This document shows positions 30,410-40,365 of a DNA stretch of 64,000 bases, piece after piece (within the stretch, counting starts at the first letter, position 1; every line of letters starts with the position of its first letter). The position numbers and the translations under genes were made by a program. The notes beneath the pieces were generated by a model. That model saw only the letters and a list, made by a program, of their open reading frames with translations. It did no database searches and was not told the origin of the DNA. The DNA comes from Bacteroidota bacterium (GTDB taxonomy: Bacteria > Bacteroidota > Ignavibacteria > Ignavibacteriales > Melioribacteraceae): positions 55,519 through 119,518 of the forward strand of contig JAEWUC010000001.1 of the NCBI GenBank assembly GCA_023397505.1. The letters are read 5' to 3'.

Positions 30410-30656
30410 TAAAGAGATTCCCAAAAAGATAACTGAATCGTACAAATCATATGGACAATATCTCGGGTTAGGAACTCAACTTGCAGCCACAATTGTATTG
30501 ATGTTTTTTTTAGGAAGATGGTTGGATCAAAAACTTAATACCTATCCATTTTTGATTATTTTCTTTTCAATTTTGGGTGGTTTTGCAGGTATTTATAATT
30601 TCATTAAGACAGTGTTAAATTTAAACGAAAAAAAGAAAATTGATAAAAAATCTTAA
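30402..30656 (+). CDS. AtpZ/AtpI-family small membrane protein (F-ATPase operon leader gene)
   Basis: YLGLGTQLAATIVLMFFLGRWLDQKLNTYPFLIIFFSILGGFAGIYNFIK two-helix pattern. 8-bp overlap with the bactofilin stop. Confidence 0.7.
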   Translation: MNDKEIPKKITESYKSYGQYLGLGTQLAATIVLMFFLGRWLDQKLNTYPFLIIFFSILGGFAGIYNFIKTVLNLNEKKKIDKKS

Positions 30657-31044
30657 AATACCGCTTACAATTTTTTTTTCAGTGACGATATTACTTTTTG
30701 GATTACACCATTTTGAAGTAATAACTGAACTTTCCCGCAATTCTATACTTTACGCAATTATCAATTCATTCATTAATTTTATCCTTTTTGTACTACTTTC
30801 AAACTTGGCTCAAAACAAATCGAATAAAATATTCCTTATTTACAATCTCGGGGGAATGGGATTACGTGTTGTAATTATGCTTATTTTAGTGTTTCTAACT
30901 ATAAAATTCTTGATAGTTGATGAATTCAAATATATATTTGCATTCTTTTTATTCTATGTTTTGTTTTTAGTTTACGAAATAAATATAATAAGACTTAAGG
31001 TGGAAAAACCAAAGGTAATAAAAGACTCGGAAAATGTGGTATAA
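30640..31044 (+). CDS. 4-TM membrane protein in the AtpI position of the atp operon
   Basis: Hydrophobic 134-aa ORF overlapping both neighbours (TTG start). The call rests on position and topology only. Confidence 0.4.
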   Translation: MIKNLKIPLTIFFSVTILLFGLHHFEVITELSRNSILYAIINSFINFILFVLLSNLAQNKSNKIFLIYNLGGMGLRVVIMLILVFLTIKFLIVDEFKYIFAFFLFYVLFLVYEINIIRLKVEKPKVIKDSENVV

Positions 31045-31876
31045 TAATCCTAATACTATAGTCGACACAGTAAAAGCAGCAGGTTCTGCGAAACAGGATA
31101 CCGGATGGATAATGCATCACGTGCTTGATGCATATGAACTTGATTTTTCTCCATTCGGAATAATTCATCTTCCGCAATTACATTTATTCGGAATGGATTT
31201 ATCTATTACTAAACATGTTGTTTTTATGTGGGTAGCCGCGGCTATTCTAATTTTTACGTTTATTAAAGTATCAAAGTCATATAAAAAATCTCTGATTCCC
31301 AAAGGCGTCACTAATCTTACAGAAGTTTTAATTCTATTTGTCCGAGATGATATTGTAAAACCAACTATAGGACACGGTTTTGAAAAGTTTTTACCGTATT
31401 TGTTAACGGTTTTCTTTTTCATTCTTACCTGTAATTTTATTGGTTTGATTCCTTATGGTTCAACTGCAACAGGTAATATTGCTGTGACTGCTACGCTTGC
31501 AACAATTTCATTCCTTGTTATTCAGCTTGGCGGAATAATGAAGAATGGTTTGTTCGGATATTTTAAGGGATTGCTTCCGCACGGCTTACCGACATGGCTT
31601 ATTCCAATAATGTTTGTTGTGGAACTTTTAGGTCTATTCACAAAACCGTTTGCATTGGCTATTCGTCTTTTTGCAAACATGACTGCGGGGCACATTGTAA
31701 TATTAGCGTTGCTCGGATTAATTTTTATTTTAAAAACTGTGGTTGTAATTCCGGTTTCAATTGCCTTTGCATTATTTATTTACTTGCTGGAAATTTTAGT
31801 TGCTTTAATACAGGCATATATTTTTACAATGCTTTCTTCGTTGTTTATAGGAATGGCATATCATCAAGATCATTAA
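31034..31876 (+). CDS. atpB: F0F1 ATP synthase subunit a
   Basis: FTKPFALAIRLFANMTAGHIV with the conserved Arg, 5-6 TM helices. Confidence 0.9.
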   Translation: MWYNNPNTIVDTVKAAGSAKQDTGWIMHHVLDAYELDFSPFGIIHLPQLHLFGMDLSITKHVVFMWVAAAILIFTFIKVSKSYKKSLIPKGVTNLTEVLILFVRDDIVKPTIGHGFEKFLPYLLTVFFFILTCNFIGLIPYGSTATGNIAVTATLATISFLVIQLGGIMKNGLFGYFKGLLPHGLPTWLIPIMFVVELLGLFTKPFALAIRLFANMTAGHIVILALLGLIFILKTVVVIPVSIAFALFIYLLEILVALIQAYIFTMLSSLFIGMAYHQDH

Positions 31877-31909
31877 TTTTATTTAACAGAATATAACAGG
31901 AGGAGTTAA

Positions 31910-32128
31910 ATGGACTTCGCATATTTAGCAGCAGGTTTTAGCGCAGCTTTAACAGTTATCGGCGGTGCTTATGGTATTGGTAAATTGGCAAGTGCGGCAA
32001 TGGAAGCCAGCGGTCGTCAACCCGAAGCAGCAGGCGACATCAGAACATCAATGATTATTGCTGCGGCACTTATTGAAGGTATTTCACTTTTTGCACTCGT
32101 TATTTGTATCCTTTTAGCGTTAAAATAA
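31910..32128 (+). CDS. atpE: F0F1 ATP synthase subunit c
   Basis: 72-aa hairpin protein with GRQPEA loop and the ion-binding AAALIEGISLFALV helix. Confidence 0.95.
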   Translation: MDFAYLAAGFSAALTVIGGAYGIGKLASAAMEASGRQPEAAGDIRTSMIIAAALIEGISLFALVICILLALK

Positions 32129-32170
32129 TAGTCTGTTTGATTTTATTTTTCATATAAAGGATATTGAATA

Positions 32171-32719
32171 ATGACAAGTGCAAATTTATTAATGCTTGCT
32201 TTTTATAGCGGCGGCGAAACTGCTCAAGGCGGACCGCTCGATGTTAATCCCGGACTGATATTATGGACGGTCGTAACATTTTTATTTTTGCTTTTTATTC
32301 TGGCAAAAGTAGCATGGAAGCCGATTCTAAAATCTTTGGGAGATAGAGAAAATTTTATTAGAGAATCTCTTGATAAAGCCGAGACCGCGCGTAAAGACGC
32401 TGAAAAAATGCTTTCAGATAATAAAGCAAGTATTATGAAAGCTGAAGAAGAAGCTCAGAAAATTATTGAGCAAAGCAGGGAGATGGCTGAAAAATTAAAA
32501 AGTCAAATTCTTGAAGAAAGCAAAACTCATGCAAAAAAAATGATTACAGACGCCGCGTTGGAAATTGAAAGAAAGAATGCGGAAGCTTTCAGCAAATTGA
32601 AAGAACAAGTTGCCGATATTGCCGTCAATGCTGCTGAAAAAATCATTAAGGAAACTTTAGATAAAGAAAAGCAAATTAATCTTGTAAGTAAGTATATCGA
32701 CGATTTGTCGAAAAATTAA
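32171..32719 (+). CDS. atpF: F0F1 ATP synthase subunit b
   Basis: Single N-terminal TM helix, then a long charged helix (A/E/K rich). Position follows atpE. Confidence 0.9.
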   Translation: MTSANLLMLAFYSGGETAQGGPLDVNPGLILWTVVTFLFLLFILAKVAWKPILKSLGDRENFIRESLDKAETARKDAEKMLSDNKASIMKAEEEAQKIIEQSREMAEKLKSQILEESKTHAKKMITDAALEIERKNAEAFSKLKEQVADIAVNAAEKIIKETLDKEKQINLVSKYIDDLSKN

Positions 32720-32721
32720 AG

Positions 32722-33279
32722 ATGAGCGTTTATAGAATATCATATCGTTACGCAAATTCTTTACTTCTTCTTTCGGAAGAAAAAAAGATTTTGAAAAAAG
32801 TTTACGAGGATGCGGAACTTGTATTTAACTCTTTGGCAGGTTCTAAAGAATTAAGAGCAGTACTTAAAAACCCTGTTCTAAAACCAAAGGTTAAAAAAGA
32901 AATTGTTAAGAAGATTTTCGAAAATAAAGTTGGAGCCGATGTTCTTACTTTTATTGATTTTGTTATTGATAAAAGCCGCGAGGACATTCTTTTCGATATC
33001 TTTAAAGAATTTTTAAATCTCCGCGATATGAAAGAAGGTGTTTTAAGAGCACATGTTAAATCCGCTGTCGAATTATCCGATTCTTTGCGGCAAAAGATTG
33101 AACAAAAACTTACAGCAAAAACAAACAAAAAAGTTAAAGCTGATTTCGGAATTGATAATAATATTCTTGGCGGGTTTGTTGTAAAGGTTCAAGATACTGT
33201 TATTGATTCTTCCGTTAAACATCAACTCGAACTTTTAAGAAAAAAATTTTCAGAAGAGATTAATCTGGTTCAAAATTGA
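32722..33279 (+). CDS. atpH: F0F1 ATP synthase subunit delta (OSCP)
   Basis: YANSLLLL..E N-terminus, ILGGFVVKVQDTVIDSSVK C-terminal motif, position between atpF and atpA. Confidence 0.85.
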   Translation: MSVYRISYRYANSLLLLSEEKKILKKVYEDAELVFNSLAGSKELRAVLKNPVLKPKVKKEIVKKIFENKVGADVLTFIDFVIDKSREDILFDIFKEFLNLRDMKEGVLRAHVKSAVELSDSLRQKIEQKLTAKTNKKVKADFGIDNNILGGFVVKVQDTVIDSSVKHQLELLRKKFSEEINLVQN

Positions 33280-33321
33280 ACAGATTTAATAATAGTTAAT
33301 TAGAAAATTGGGAAAATAAAA

Positions 33322-34869
33322 ATGGCTGAAATTAGACCCGATGAAATTTCTGCAATATTAAGAAAACAATTGGCAGGTTTCGAAAATGAAACTGATGTTT
33401 ATGAAGTTGGAACGGTTTTACAAGTCGGTGATGGTATTGCGCGCGTGTATGGACTTTCGCAGGTAATGGCGAGCGAACTTGTTGAGTTTCCGAATGGTGT
33501 AACCGGCATGGTTCTAAATCTTGAAGAAGACAGCGTCGGCTGTGTACTTTTTGGCGAAAGTTCGCTTATAAAAGAAGGCGACACGGTTAAAAGAACAAAA
33601 CGTGTAGCTTCATTTCCTGTTGGAGATAAATTACTTGGACGCGTTGTAAATCCACTTGGCGAACCCGTTGACGGAAAAGGTACTGTTCAATTCGATATGT
33701 ATTCGCCGATTGAAAGAAAAGCGCTTGGAATTATTCAACGCCAGCCGGTTAAAGAAGCTCTTCAAACCGGTATTACAGCTATCGATGCGATGATTCCAAT
33801 CGGACGCGGACAACGCGAATTAATTATCGGCGACCGCCAAACGGGAAAAACAGCCGTGGCTATCGATACTATCATCAATCAAAAATATACACATACAGAA
33901 GAAGCAAAAAAATACGGTATCAATCCGGTATATTGTGTTTATGTCGCTATCGGTCAAAAAGATTCAACAATTGCACAAGTAGTTGCAAAATTGGAAGAAG
34001 CCGGTGCAATGGATTATACCACAGTTGTAGCCGCACCTGCATCGACTCCTGCACCACTTCAATATATTGCACCGTATTCAGGCGCAACTCTCGGTGAATT
34101 TTTTAGAGATAACGGGAAGCACTCGCTTGTAATTTATGACGACTTGTCAAAACAAGCTGTTGCATACCGTGAACTCTCGCTTCTTTTAAGAAGACCTCCG
34201 GGACGAGAAGCTTATCCTGGCGACGTTTTCTATTTACACTCACGTTTACTGGAAAGAGCGTCTAAGTTGAGCGCCGATCTTGGCGGCGGAAGTTTAACAG
34301 CACTTCCGATTATTGAAACGCAACAGGGCGACGTTTCTGCTTATATTCCTACAAATGTAATTTCTATTACCGACGGACAAATTTATCTCGAACCTAATTT
34401 GTTCAACGCGGGTGTTCGTCCCGCTATAAACGTTGGCATTTCAGTTTCACGTGTAGGCGGCAACGCGCAAATTAAAGCTATGAAAAAAGTTGCGGGTTCC
34501 TTGAAGTTGGATTTAGCCCAATACCGTGAGCTCGAAGCTTTTGCAAAATTCGGTTCGGATCTTGATAAAGCAACTCAACGAACACTTGCAAAAGGTGCGC
34601 GTTTGGTTGAACTCTTAAAGCAAGGTCAATACGCACCGGTGCCAGTTGAAAAACAAGTTGTAAGTGTTTACGTCGCAACAAATAATTTTTTGGAAGCTGT
34701 TGAAGTTGGAGATGTAAAAAGATTCGAGAAAGAATTTTTAGAATATGTTGATCTAAAATATCCACAAGTTTATGAAAACATCCGCGTAGCAAAAGAATTA
34801 AAAGACGATACTGTTGAATTAATTAAAAAAGCTGTTTCGGAATATTTAGAAAAATTTAAGAAAAGTTAA
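33322..34869 (+). CDS. atpA: F0F1 ATP synthase subunit alpha
   Basis: GDRQTGKT Walker [28 protein letters not shown], 515 aa. Confidence 0.98.
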   Translation: MAEIRPDEISAILRKQLAGFENETDVYEVGTVLQVGDGIARVYGLSQVMASELVEFPNGVTGMVLNLEEDSVGCVLFGESSLIKEGDTVKRTKRVASFPVGDKLLGRVVNPLGEPVDGKGTVQFDMYSPIERKALGIIQRQPVKEALQTGITAIDAMIPIGRGQRELIIGDRQTGKTAVAIDTIINQKYTHTEEAKKYGINPVYCVYVAIGQKDSTIAQVVAKLEEAGAMDYTTVVAAPASTPAPLQYIAPYSGATLGEFFRDNGKHSLVIYDDLSKQAVAYRELSLLLRRPPGREAYPGDVFYLHSRLLERASKLSADLGGGSLTALPIIETQQGDVSAYIPTNVISITDGQIYLEPNLFNAGVRPAINVGISVSRVGGNAQIKAMKKVAGSLKLDLAQYRELEAFAKFGSDLDKATQRTLAKGARLVELLKQGQYAPVPVEKQVVSVYVATNNFLEAVEVGDVKRFEKEFLEYVDLKYPQVYENIRVAKELKDDTVELIKKAVSEYLEKFKKS

Positions 34870-34909
34870 TGATTAATCCGGTAGGATAATACCGGGTTTA
34901 GAGAATTTA

Positions 34910-35794
34910 ATGGCAACATTACGGGACATAAAAAGAAGAATAGTTGGCGTAAAAAGTACGCAGCAAATTACCAAAGCAATGAAAATGGTTGCTGCTGCAC
35001 GTCTGCGCCGTGCTCAGGAAAATATTATCAACGCTCGTCCTTATGCTAAAAAAATCGGCGAAGTTCTTTCCCATCTTATGAATATTGAAAAAAATATTGT
35101 TCACCCGCTTCTAACCGAGCGCGAAGTAAAAAGTATTGCCGTTGTTGTTATAACTTTTGATAGAGGTCTTTGCGGAAGTTTTAACACTAATATTATTCGT
35201 CAAGTGGAAGATATGCTTAAAGACGAATTGAGTGATTTAAATAATCAAGGCAAAGTTCAACTTTATTGCCTTGGTAAAAAGGGGAACGACTATTTTTCAA
35301 AAAGAAATTATAATGTAGTTGGATCTTTCCCCGGAATTTTTTCGGGATTGAAATTTGATTTGGCTTCTAGCCTTATGAAAGAATTAACAACGAAATATTT
35401 AAATAATGAAATTGATAAAGTTATTGTCGTTTATAACGAATTCCGTTCAGTCATTCAGCAGAAAACAACGGTTGAACAATTATTGCCTATAAAACCTTTC
35501 GAAAATACAACTGAAGAATTAAGCACAAGTACAGAATATATTTATGAACCCGACAAAGTTGGTATTATAAAATCCTTATTGCCAAAACATATGAACGTGC
35601 AAATGTGGAGAATGTTGCTTGAATCCAACGCAGCAGCCCTCGGTGCGCAAATGACGGCAATGGATATGGCTACTGAAAATGCTAAAGAATTGATTCGTTC
35701 GTTACAACTTACTTTTAATAAAGTTCGGCAAGCATCAATTACTACCGAGATACTTGAAATTGTATCCGGTGCGAACGCGTTGAAAGAGGCTTAA
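34910..35794 (+). CDS. atpG: F0F1 ATP synthase subunit gamma
   Basis: IKRRI..VKSTQQITKAMKMVAAARLRRAQ N-terminus and RQASITTEILEIVSGANAL C-terminus. Confidence 0.95.
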   Translation: MATLRDIKRRIVGVKSTQQITKAMKMVAAARLRRAQENIINARPYAKKIGEVLSHLMNIEKNIVHPLLTEREVKSIAVVVITFDRGLCGSFNTNIIRQVEDMLKDELSDLNNQGKVQLYCLGKKGNDYFSKRNYNVVGSFPGIFSGLKFDLASSLMKELTTKYLNNEIDKVIVVYNEFRSVIQQKTTVEQLLPIKPFENTTEELSTSTEYIYEPDKVGIIKSLLPKHMNVQMWRMLLESNAAALGAQMTAMDMATENAKELIRSLQLTFNKVRQASITTEILEIVSGANALKEA

Positions 35795-35845
35795 TTACTT
35801 TACGTTTGAAATGTATTCACTTTTTATTATCTTATAACCGAGTAG

Positions 35846-37186
35846 ATGGCTATGCTTGATGAATTGACCGAGAAACTTGAGAAGGCGTTAAAAAAGATTA
35901 CTGGGCAAGGGAAGCTTACAGAGTCAAATATCTCCGATACACTGCGCGAGATAAGACGAGTTCTTCTTGATGCCGATGTTAATTATAAAGTCGCAAAACA
36001 ATTTATTGATGATGTTAAAGAGAAAGCTCTTGGCAAGGAAGTTCTTGCTTCTGTAACTCCTGGGCAGCTCATCACAAAAATTATGTATGATGAGTTAACA
36101 AAATTACTCGGAGGAAGCGGATCCGAACTTTCGTTGAATGCTTCCGGTATTACTGTTATTATGTTAATCGGATTGCAGGGATGCGGTAAAACAACTTTCA
36201 GCGCCAAGCTTGCAAAGTATCTTAAAAATAAAAAAAGAAATGTTCTTTTAGTTGCTGCCGACGTATACCGCCCGGCTGCTGTTAATCAACTGAAAATTCT
36301 GGGGACACAAATTGATGTTCCGGTTTTTTCAATTGAAAACAGCAAGGAACCGGTTACGATTGCTTCCGAAGCATTAGTTTTTGCAAAAGAAAACGGGCAG
36401 AACACAGTAATTATCGATACTGCCGGACGTCTTCATATCGATGAAGATATGATGAACGAAGCTGCTGCGATCAAAGCTAAAGTAAATCCTACTGAAACTT
36501 TGTTTGTTGTGGATTCAATGACCGGGCAGGATGCGGTAAACTCTGCCAAAGCTTTTCATGAAAAAGTTGATTTCGACGGTGTTGTTGTAACTAAGCTCGA
36601 TGGCGATTCTCGTGGCGGATGTGTCCTCTCTATCCGTGCTGTTGTCGATCGACCCGTTAAATTTACTTCGCTCGGTGAAAAGCTTGATTCGATCGAAATA
36701 TTTTATCCCGATCGACTCGCATCGAGAATTTTGGGAAAGGGCGATGTAATTTCACTTGTAGAAAAAGCTCAAGCTCAGTTCGATGATAAAGAAGCCGAAG
36801 AATTGGAAGAAAAATTACTTTCAAACAAGTTCGATTTCGACGATTTCTTGAAGCAGATTAAAATGATTAAGAAAATGGGTTCTTTAAAATCTTTGCTTGG
36901 TATGATTCCAGGAGTTGGCTCTCAGTTAAAAAATGCTGATATTGACGACAAGCAAATTGTAAAAGTTGAATCGATAATACAATCGATGACAAAAAAGGAA
37001 AGATCGAATCCAAAAATTCTTAACGGAAGTAGAAGAAAACGAATTGCGATTGGAAGCGGAAATAGTATTCAAGATGTTAACCGCTTGATAAAACAATTCG
37101 GAGAAATGCAGCGAATGGTAAAAATGATGACTTCAAAAGCCGGAAAATCCGGCATGATGAATTTGAAGAACTTCAGATTAAATTGA
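35846..37186 (+). CDS. ffh: signal recognition particle protein
   Basis: [10 protein letters not shown]-loop, [16 protein letters not shown], and a Met-rich M domain ([17 protein letters not shown]). Confidence 0.97.
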   Translation: MAMLDELTEKLEKALKKITGQGKLTESNISDTLREIRRVLLDADVNYKVAKQFIDDVKEKALGKEVLASVTPGQLITKIMYDELTKLLGGSGSELSLNASGITVIMLIGLQGCGKTTFSAKLAKYLKNKKRNVLLVAADVYRPAAVNQLKILGTQIDVPVFSIENSKEPVTIASEALVFAKENGQNTVIIDTAGRLHIDEDMMNEAAAIKAKVNPTETLFVVDSMTGQDAVNSAKAFHEKVDFDGVVVTKLDGDSRGGCVLSIRAVVDRPVKFTSLGEKLDSIEIFYPDRLASRILGKGDVISLVEKAQAQFDDKEAEELEEKLLSNKFDFDDFLKQIKMIKKMGSLKSLLGMIPGVGSQLKNADIDDKQIVKVESIIQSMTKKERSNPKILNGSRRKRIAIGSGNSIQDVNRLIKQFGEMQRMVKMMTSKAGKSGMMNLKNFRLN

Positions 37187-37217
37187 ATATAAAAACACAA
37201 ATGGAGGAATAAACAAA

Positions 37218-37628
37218 TTGGCAGTTAAGTTAAGACTGAGAAGAATGGGAAAGAAAAAACAGCCTATTTATAAAGTAGTTGCTGCAGATTCCCGTTCACC
37301 GAGAGATGGAAAATTTATTGAAGCGATTGGTCTCTATAATCCTAAGACAGATCCCGCAACCGTTGATATAAAAGAAGAACGCGCATTATATTGGTTGAAT
37401 GTTGGTGCTCAACCTACCGATACTGTAAAAAATATTTTAACTCATCATGGAATTATGTTAAAGAAAGATTTGATGAGTGAAGGAAAATCCGAAGAACAAA
37501 TCAATGCAAAACTTGATGAGTGGAAAAAATTAAACGAAGCTAATTTAGCAGCCAGAGCTACAAAAAAAGCAGAAAAAAAATCTGCGAAAAAAACTGAGCA
37601 AAAGTCTGAAAGTGCGCCGGAAGCATAG
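37218..37628 (+). CDS. rpsP: 30S ribosomal protein S16 with Lys/Ala-rich C-terminal extension
   Basis: [35 protein letters not shown] core. TTG start preceded by ggagga. About 45 extra basic residues at the C-terminus. Confidence 0.95.
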   Translation: MAVKLRLRRMGKKKQPIYKVVAADSRSPRDGKFIEAIGLYNPKTDPATVDIKEERALYWLNVGAQPTDTVKNILTHHGIMLKKDLMSEGKSEEQINAKLDEWKKLNEANLAARATKKAEKKSAKKTEQKSESAPEA

Positions 37629-37720
37629 GGTACTGCTTTCGAAATAGCTAATCCGGTGTAATTTACGGTGCGGCTTGCACCATAATTACGTACCCTGGTT
37701 CATAATATAAAGGTACTCTC

Positions 37721-37954
37721 ATGAAGGAATTTATTGAATTTATCGCGAAACACCTTGTTGATAATCCGGGTAGCGTTGTTCTTGAAGAAACAACCCCGGA
37801 TGAAAAAACAATTGAACTCACACTCAAAGTGGGTGCTGAAGACGTAGGTAAAGTTATCGGCAAACAAGGTAAAACTGCTCAGGCGATGAGAACCCTGTTA
37901 ACGGCTATTGCTGCTAAAGATGGAAAGCGTGCCATTCTTAAGATTCTTGATTAA
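37721..37954 (+). CDS. KH domain RNA-binding protein (YlqC/UPF0109 family)
   Basis: 77 aa with VGAEDVGKVIGKQGKTAQAMRTLL (GxxG KH motif). Conserved position between rpsP and rimM. Confidence 0.85.
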   Translation: MKEFIEFIAKHLVDNPGSVVLEETTPDEKTIELTLKVGAEDVGKVIGKQGKTAQAMRTLLTAIAAKDGKRAILKILD

Positions 37955-37962
37955 TTCTTAAT

Positions 37963-38481
37963 GTGGATGATTTTTTCCTTATAGCAGAAGTTAAAGCGGT
38001 ATCTGGTACCGAGGGTTATGTAAGTATTAATTCTTTTTCGGATTTCAGCGAGAGATTTTTTCGGCTCAAAGAAGTTTACTTGGATTTTTTCGGCAATTTT
38101 AAAAAAATATTTGTCGAAGACGTTTTTATCTCCGGCAAAAATATCGATCTGAAATTTAAGGGATTCAATTCCGCTGACGAGGCGGCTGTTTTCCTGAATA
38201 AGAAAATTTTTGTTGATAAAAAAGATTCAATTGTTCTGGATAAAGATTCTTTCTTTATACATGATATTATTGGCAGTGCAGTTTTTAGAAATTCCGTACA
38301 AATTGGAATAGTGGAAGATGTTTTTGTTCTTCCCGCTAACGATGTTTATGTTGTTAAAACATCTGAAGGTAGGAATGTTCTTATTCCGGCGGTAAAAGAT
38401 TTTGTTAAAAGTTTTAATGCCGTTGACAAAAGATTGGATCTAGTTACCGATTGCGATTTATTGTACGATGATGAGAATTGA
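37963..38481 (+). CDS. rimM: ribosome maturation factor RimM
   Basis: G.EG.V.. N-terminal barrel, PRC-barrel C-terminus (NDVYVVK....VLIPAVKDFV). GTG start, in the operon with trmD. Confidence 0.9.
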   Translation: MDDFFLIAEVKAVSGTEGYVSINSFSDFSERFFRLKEVYLDFFGNFKKIFVEDVFISGKNIDLKFKGFNSADEAAVFLNKKIFVDKKDSIVLDKDSFFIHDIIGSAVFRNSVQIGIVEDVFVLPANDVYVVKTSEGRNVLIPAVKDFVKSFNAVDKRLDLVTDCDLLYDDEN

Positions 38482-39151
38482 CATAATTTCAGCAGTGCCG
38501 GATTCTCTTGTTAGTCCTCTTAACACAAGTATTCTTAAGAGAGCACAGGATAGAAAAAAGGCTGAGTTTTTTGTACATAATCTTCGCGATTATGCATACG
38601 ATAAACACAAACAAATTGACGATAAACCGTTTGGCGGTGGACCCGGGATGCTTCTTAAGCCCGAACCGTTCTTTGAATGTATTGAGAAATTATTGAGCGA
38701 AAGAAAATATGATCATATAATTTATCCTTCACCCGGAGGAAAATTTTATGATCAAAAAACTGCAAACAAGTTTTCACTCTGCAGCAACTTGATGATTATT
38801 GCCGGACATTATAAAGGCATCGACGACAGAGTACGCGAACGCTTTGCCACCGATGAAATTTCAATAGGAAGTTATGTCTTAACCGGCGGCGAAATTGCGG
38901 CTTTGGTAATAATCGATTCTGTTGTAAGATTAATTCCGGGAGTGTTGAACGACAGCGGATCGGCGTTAAACGATTCGTTGATGGACGGAGATATAATTGA
39001 AGCTCCGTATTACACACGACCGGCTGAATATAAAAATTTGAAAGTTCCCGACGTTCTTCTATCGGGACATGAAAAAAAAGTAAGGGACTGGAAAGAAGAG
39101 CAGTCAAGAATTTTAACCGAGAAATGGAAGAAAATAAATAATCTGGAGTAA
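38468..39151 (+). CDS. trmD: tRNA (guanine37-N1)-methyltransferase
   Basis: IDIISAVPD, DDKPFGGGPGMLLKPEP, GHYKGIDDRV, LTGGEIAALV and LLSGHEKKV motifs. Confidence 0.97.
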   Translation: MMRIDIISAVPDSLVSPLNTSILKRAQDRKKAEFFVHNLRDYAYDKHKQIDDKPFGGGPGMLLKPEPFFECIEKLLSERKYDHIIYPSPGGKFYDQKTANKFSLCSNLMIIAGHYKGIDDRVRERFATDEISIGSYVLTGGEIAALVIIDSVVRLIPGVLNDSGSALNDSLMDGDIIEAPYYTRPAEYKNLKVPDVLLSGHEKKVRDWKEEQSRILTEKWKKINNLE

Positions 39152-39157
39152 CAAAAA

Positions 39158-39505
39158 ATGGACAATCTAAAAGAACTAACAGTTGATCAGATGAGATCGG
39201 ATTTTCCGGCATTCAAAACCGGTGATCATATCCGCGTGCACGTTAGAGTTATTGAAGGTGATAAAGAAAGAATTCAGCCGTTCGAAGGCGATGTTATAAA
39301 TATTCGCGGCGCCGGTTTAAGCAAAACTTTTACAGTTCGCAAAATTGCAAGCGGCGTTGGTGTTGAGAGAATTTTTACTTTTAATTCACCTAAACTTGCT
39401 AAAGTTGAAGTTGTACGCGAAGGTAAAGTTAGAAGAGCAAAACTTTTCTATCTTCGTAAACTTTCAGGTAAAGCTGCGAGAATTAAAGATAAAAATCTTA
39501 GATAA
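39158..39505 (+). CDS. rplS: 50S ribosomal protein L19
   Basis: [29 protein letters not shown] and [16 protein letters not shown] motifs, 115 aa. Confidence 0.97.
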   Translation: MDNLKELTVDQMRSDFPAFKTGDHIRVHVRVIEGDKERIQPFEGDVINIRGAGLSKTFTVRKIASGVGVERIFTFNSPKLAKVEVVREGKVRRAKLFYLRKLSGKAARIKDKNLR

Positions 39506-39521
39506 ATTTGAGAGATTACTC

Positions 39522-39550
39522 AAACCCCGATTCATCGGGGTTTTTTATTT
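39522..39550 (+). terminator. Rho-independent terminator after rplS
   Basis: aaaccccga ttca tcggggttt hairpin followed by ttttatttt. Confidence 0.85.
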
Positions 39551-39606
39551 TAATATTTTGTAGCTCAGATTCATAATCTGCGCTTCTTATAAAAGTAAAT
39601 TAATCT

Positions 39607-40365
39607 ATGAAACTTTTTCTGCCTAAAAATATTTTCTCATCAATTTTCGCATCAGTAATTCCTTGTAACTCGGAAATTGAAATAGTTTATAAAGAATCCG
39701 CGATGCTTTGCGGCCAATTAGATAGTGATACATCAGCAGTAGCACTTGTGCCTTCTTTGGAATTAATAAACCATAGATCATTATTTGTATCCAAATCTCT
39801 TGCATTTTCTTTTGATGGAATTTTGTCAAATTCTTATTTATCATTTATTGAAAAAGAAAAAAACATTTCGGAAATCAAATTCCGTGGAGATGTTTCAATA
39901 AATGAAATAATTCTTACCAAAATTCTTTTCTCCGAAAGATATTCAACGGAAATTGAAATAAGTCTGGACCCTGCTAAGGAAAAGTGCATTGATAAAAATT
40001 ATATCATTGTTGGCGATGAAAATTTTTATTCGGGAGAATACAGTAAAAGTATAAGTTTTGCAGATCAAATAGCGGAACTGATTGATCTTCCGTATGTCAA
40101 TTATGTATTCGTTTCCAAGGATATAGAATCGTTAAAGAAATTTAATTCGCTTTTCTCGAATATTGATTCACAGATTGAAGACAACCATTTACCGGTTCTG
40201 TCAAAACTTCAATATGGTGATGAAATAAATAATTTTGTCAGCGAGAATATCGGTTCTGTGTATTTTGAAATGACACAGAATGAAGTTAACGCCCTGAACG
40301 AATTGATTAGATTAGCTTATTATCACGGCATTATTGAAGATATATTTGATATTAGGTTTATCTGA
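39607..40365 (+). CDS. MqnA/DUF178-like periplasmic-binding-fold protein (possible chorismate dehydratase of the futalosine pathway)
   Basis: Layout resembles MqnA: ..ALVPSLELI.., IIVGDENF, FADQIAELIDLPYVNYVFVS, and a C-terminal helix pair ...NEVNALNELIRLAYYHGII. Similarity was judged by eye only. Confidence 0.4.
   Translation: MKLFLPKNIFSSIFASVIPCNSEIEIVYKESAMLCGQLDSDTSAVALVPSLELINHRSLFVSKSLAFSFDGILSNSYLSFIEKEKNISEIKFRGDVSINEIILTKILFSERYSTEIEISLDPAKEKCIDKNYIIVGDENFYSGEYSKSISFADQIAELIDLPYVNYVFVSKDIESLKKFNSLFSNIDSQIEDNHLPVLSKLQYGDEINNFVSENIGSVYFEMTQNEVNALNELIRLAYYHGIIEDIFDIRFI
40177..40350 (+). repeat. copy A of a 174-bp diverged direct repeat (functional 3' end of the MqnA-like gene)
   Basis: Aligns codon for codon with 45791..45964. 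Exact 44-bp core at 40249-40292 = 45863-45906. Most differences downstream of the core fall at third codon positions. Confidence 0.9.

Noticed and set aside
30022-30492. 156-aa ORF antisense to the bactofilin and atpZ genes
   Set aside because: The + strand encodes a textbook bactofilin repeat pattern. The antisense ORF is low-complexity (S/L/P/F rich) with no RBS or family signature. Most likely it is a by-product of the repetitive codon pattern.
38796-39212. 138-aa ORF antisense to trmD/rplS
   Set aside because: It overlaps two highly conserved, confidently identified genes. There is no recognisable motif and the composition is Arg/Leu/Pro-rich, typical of antisense frames.
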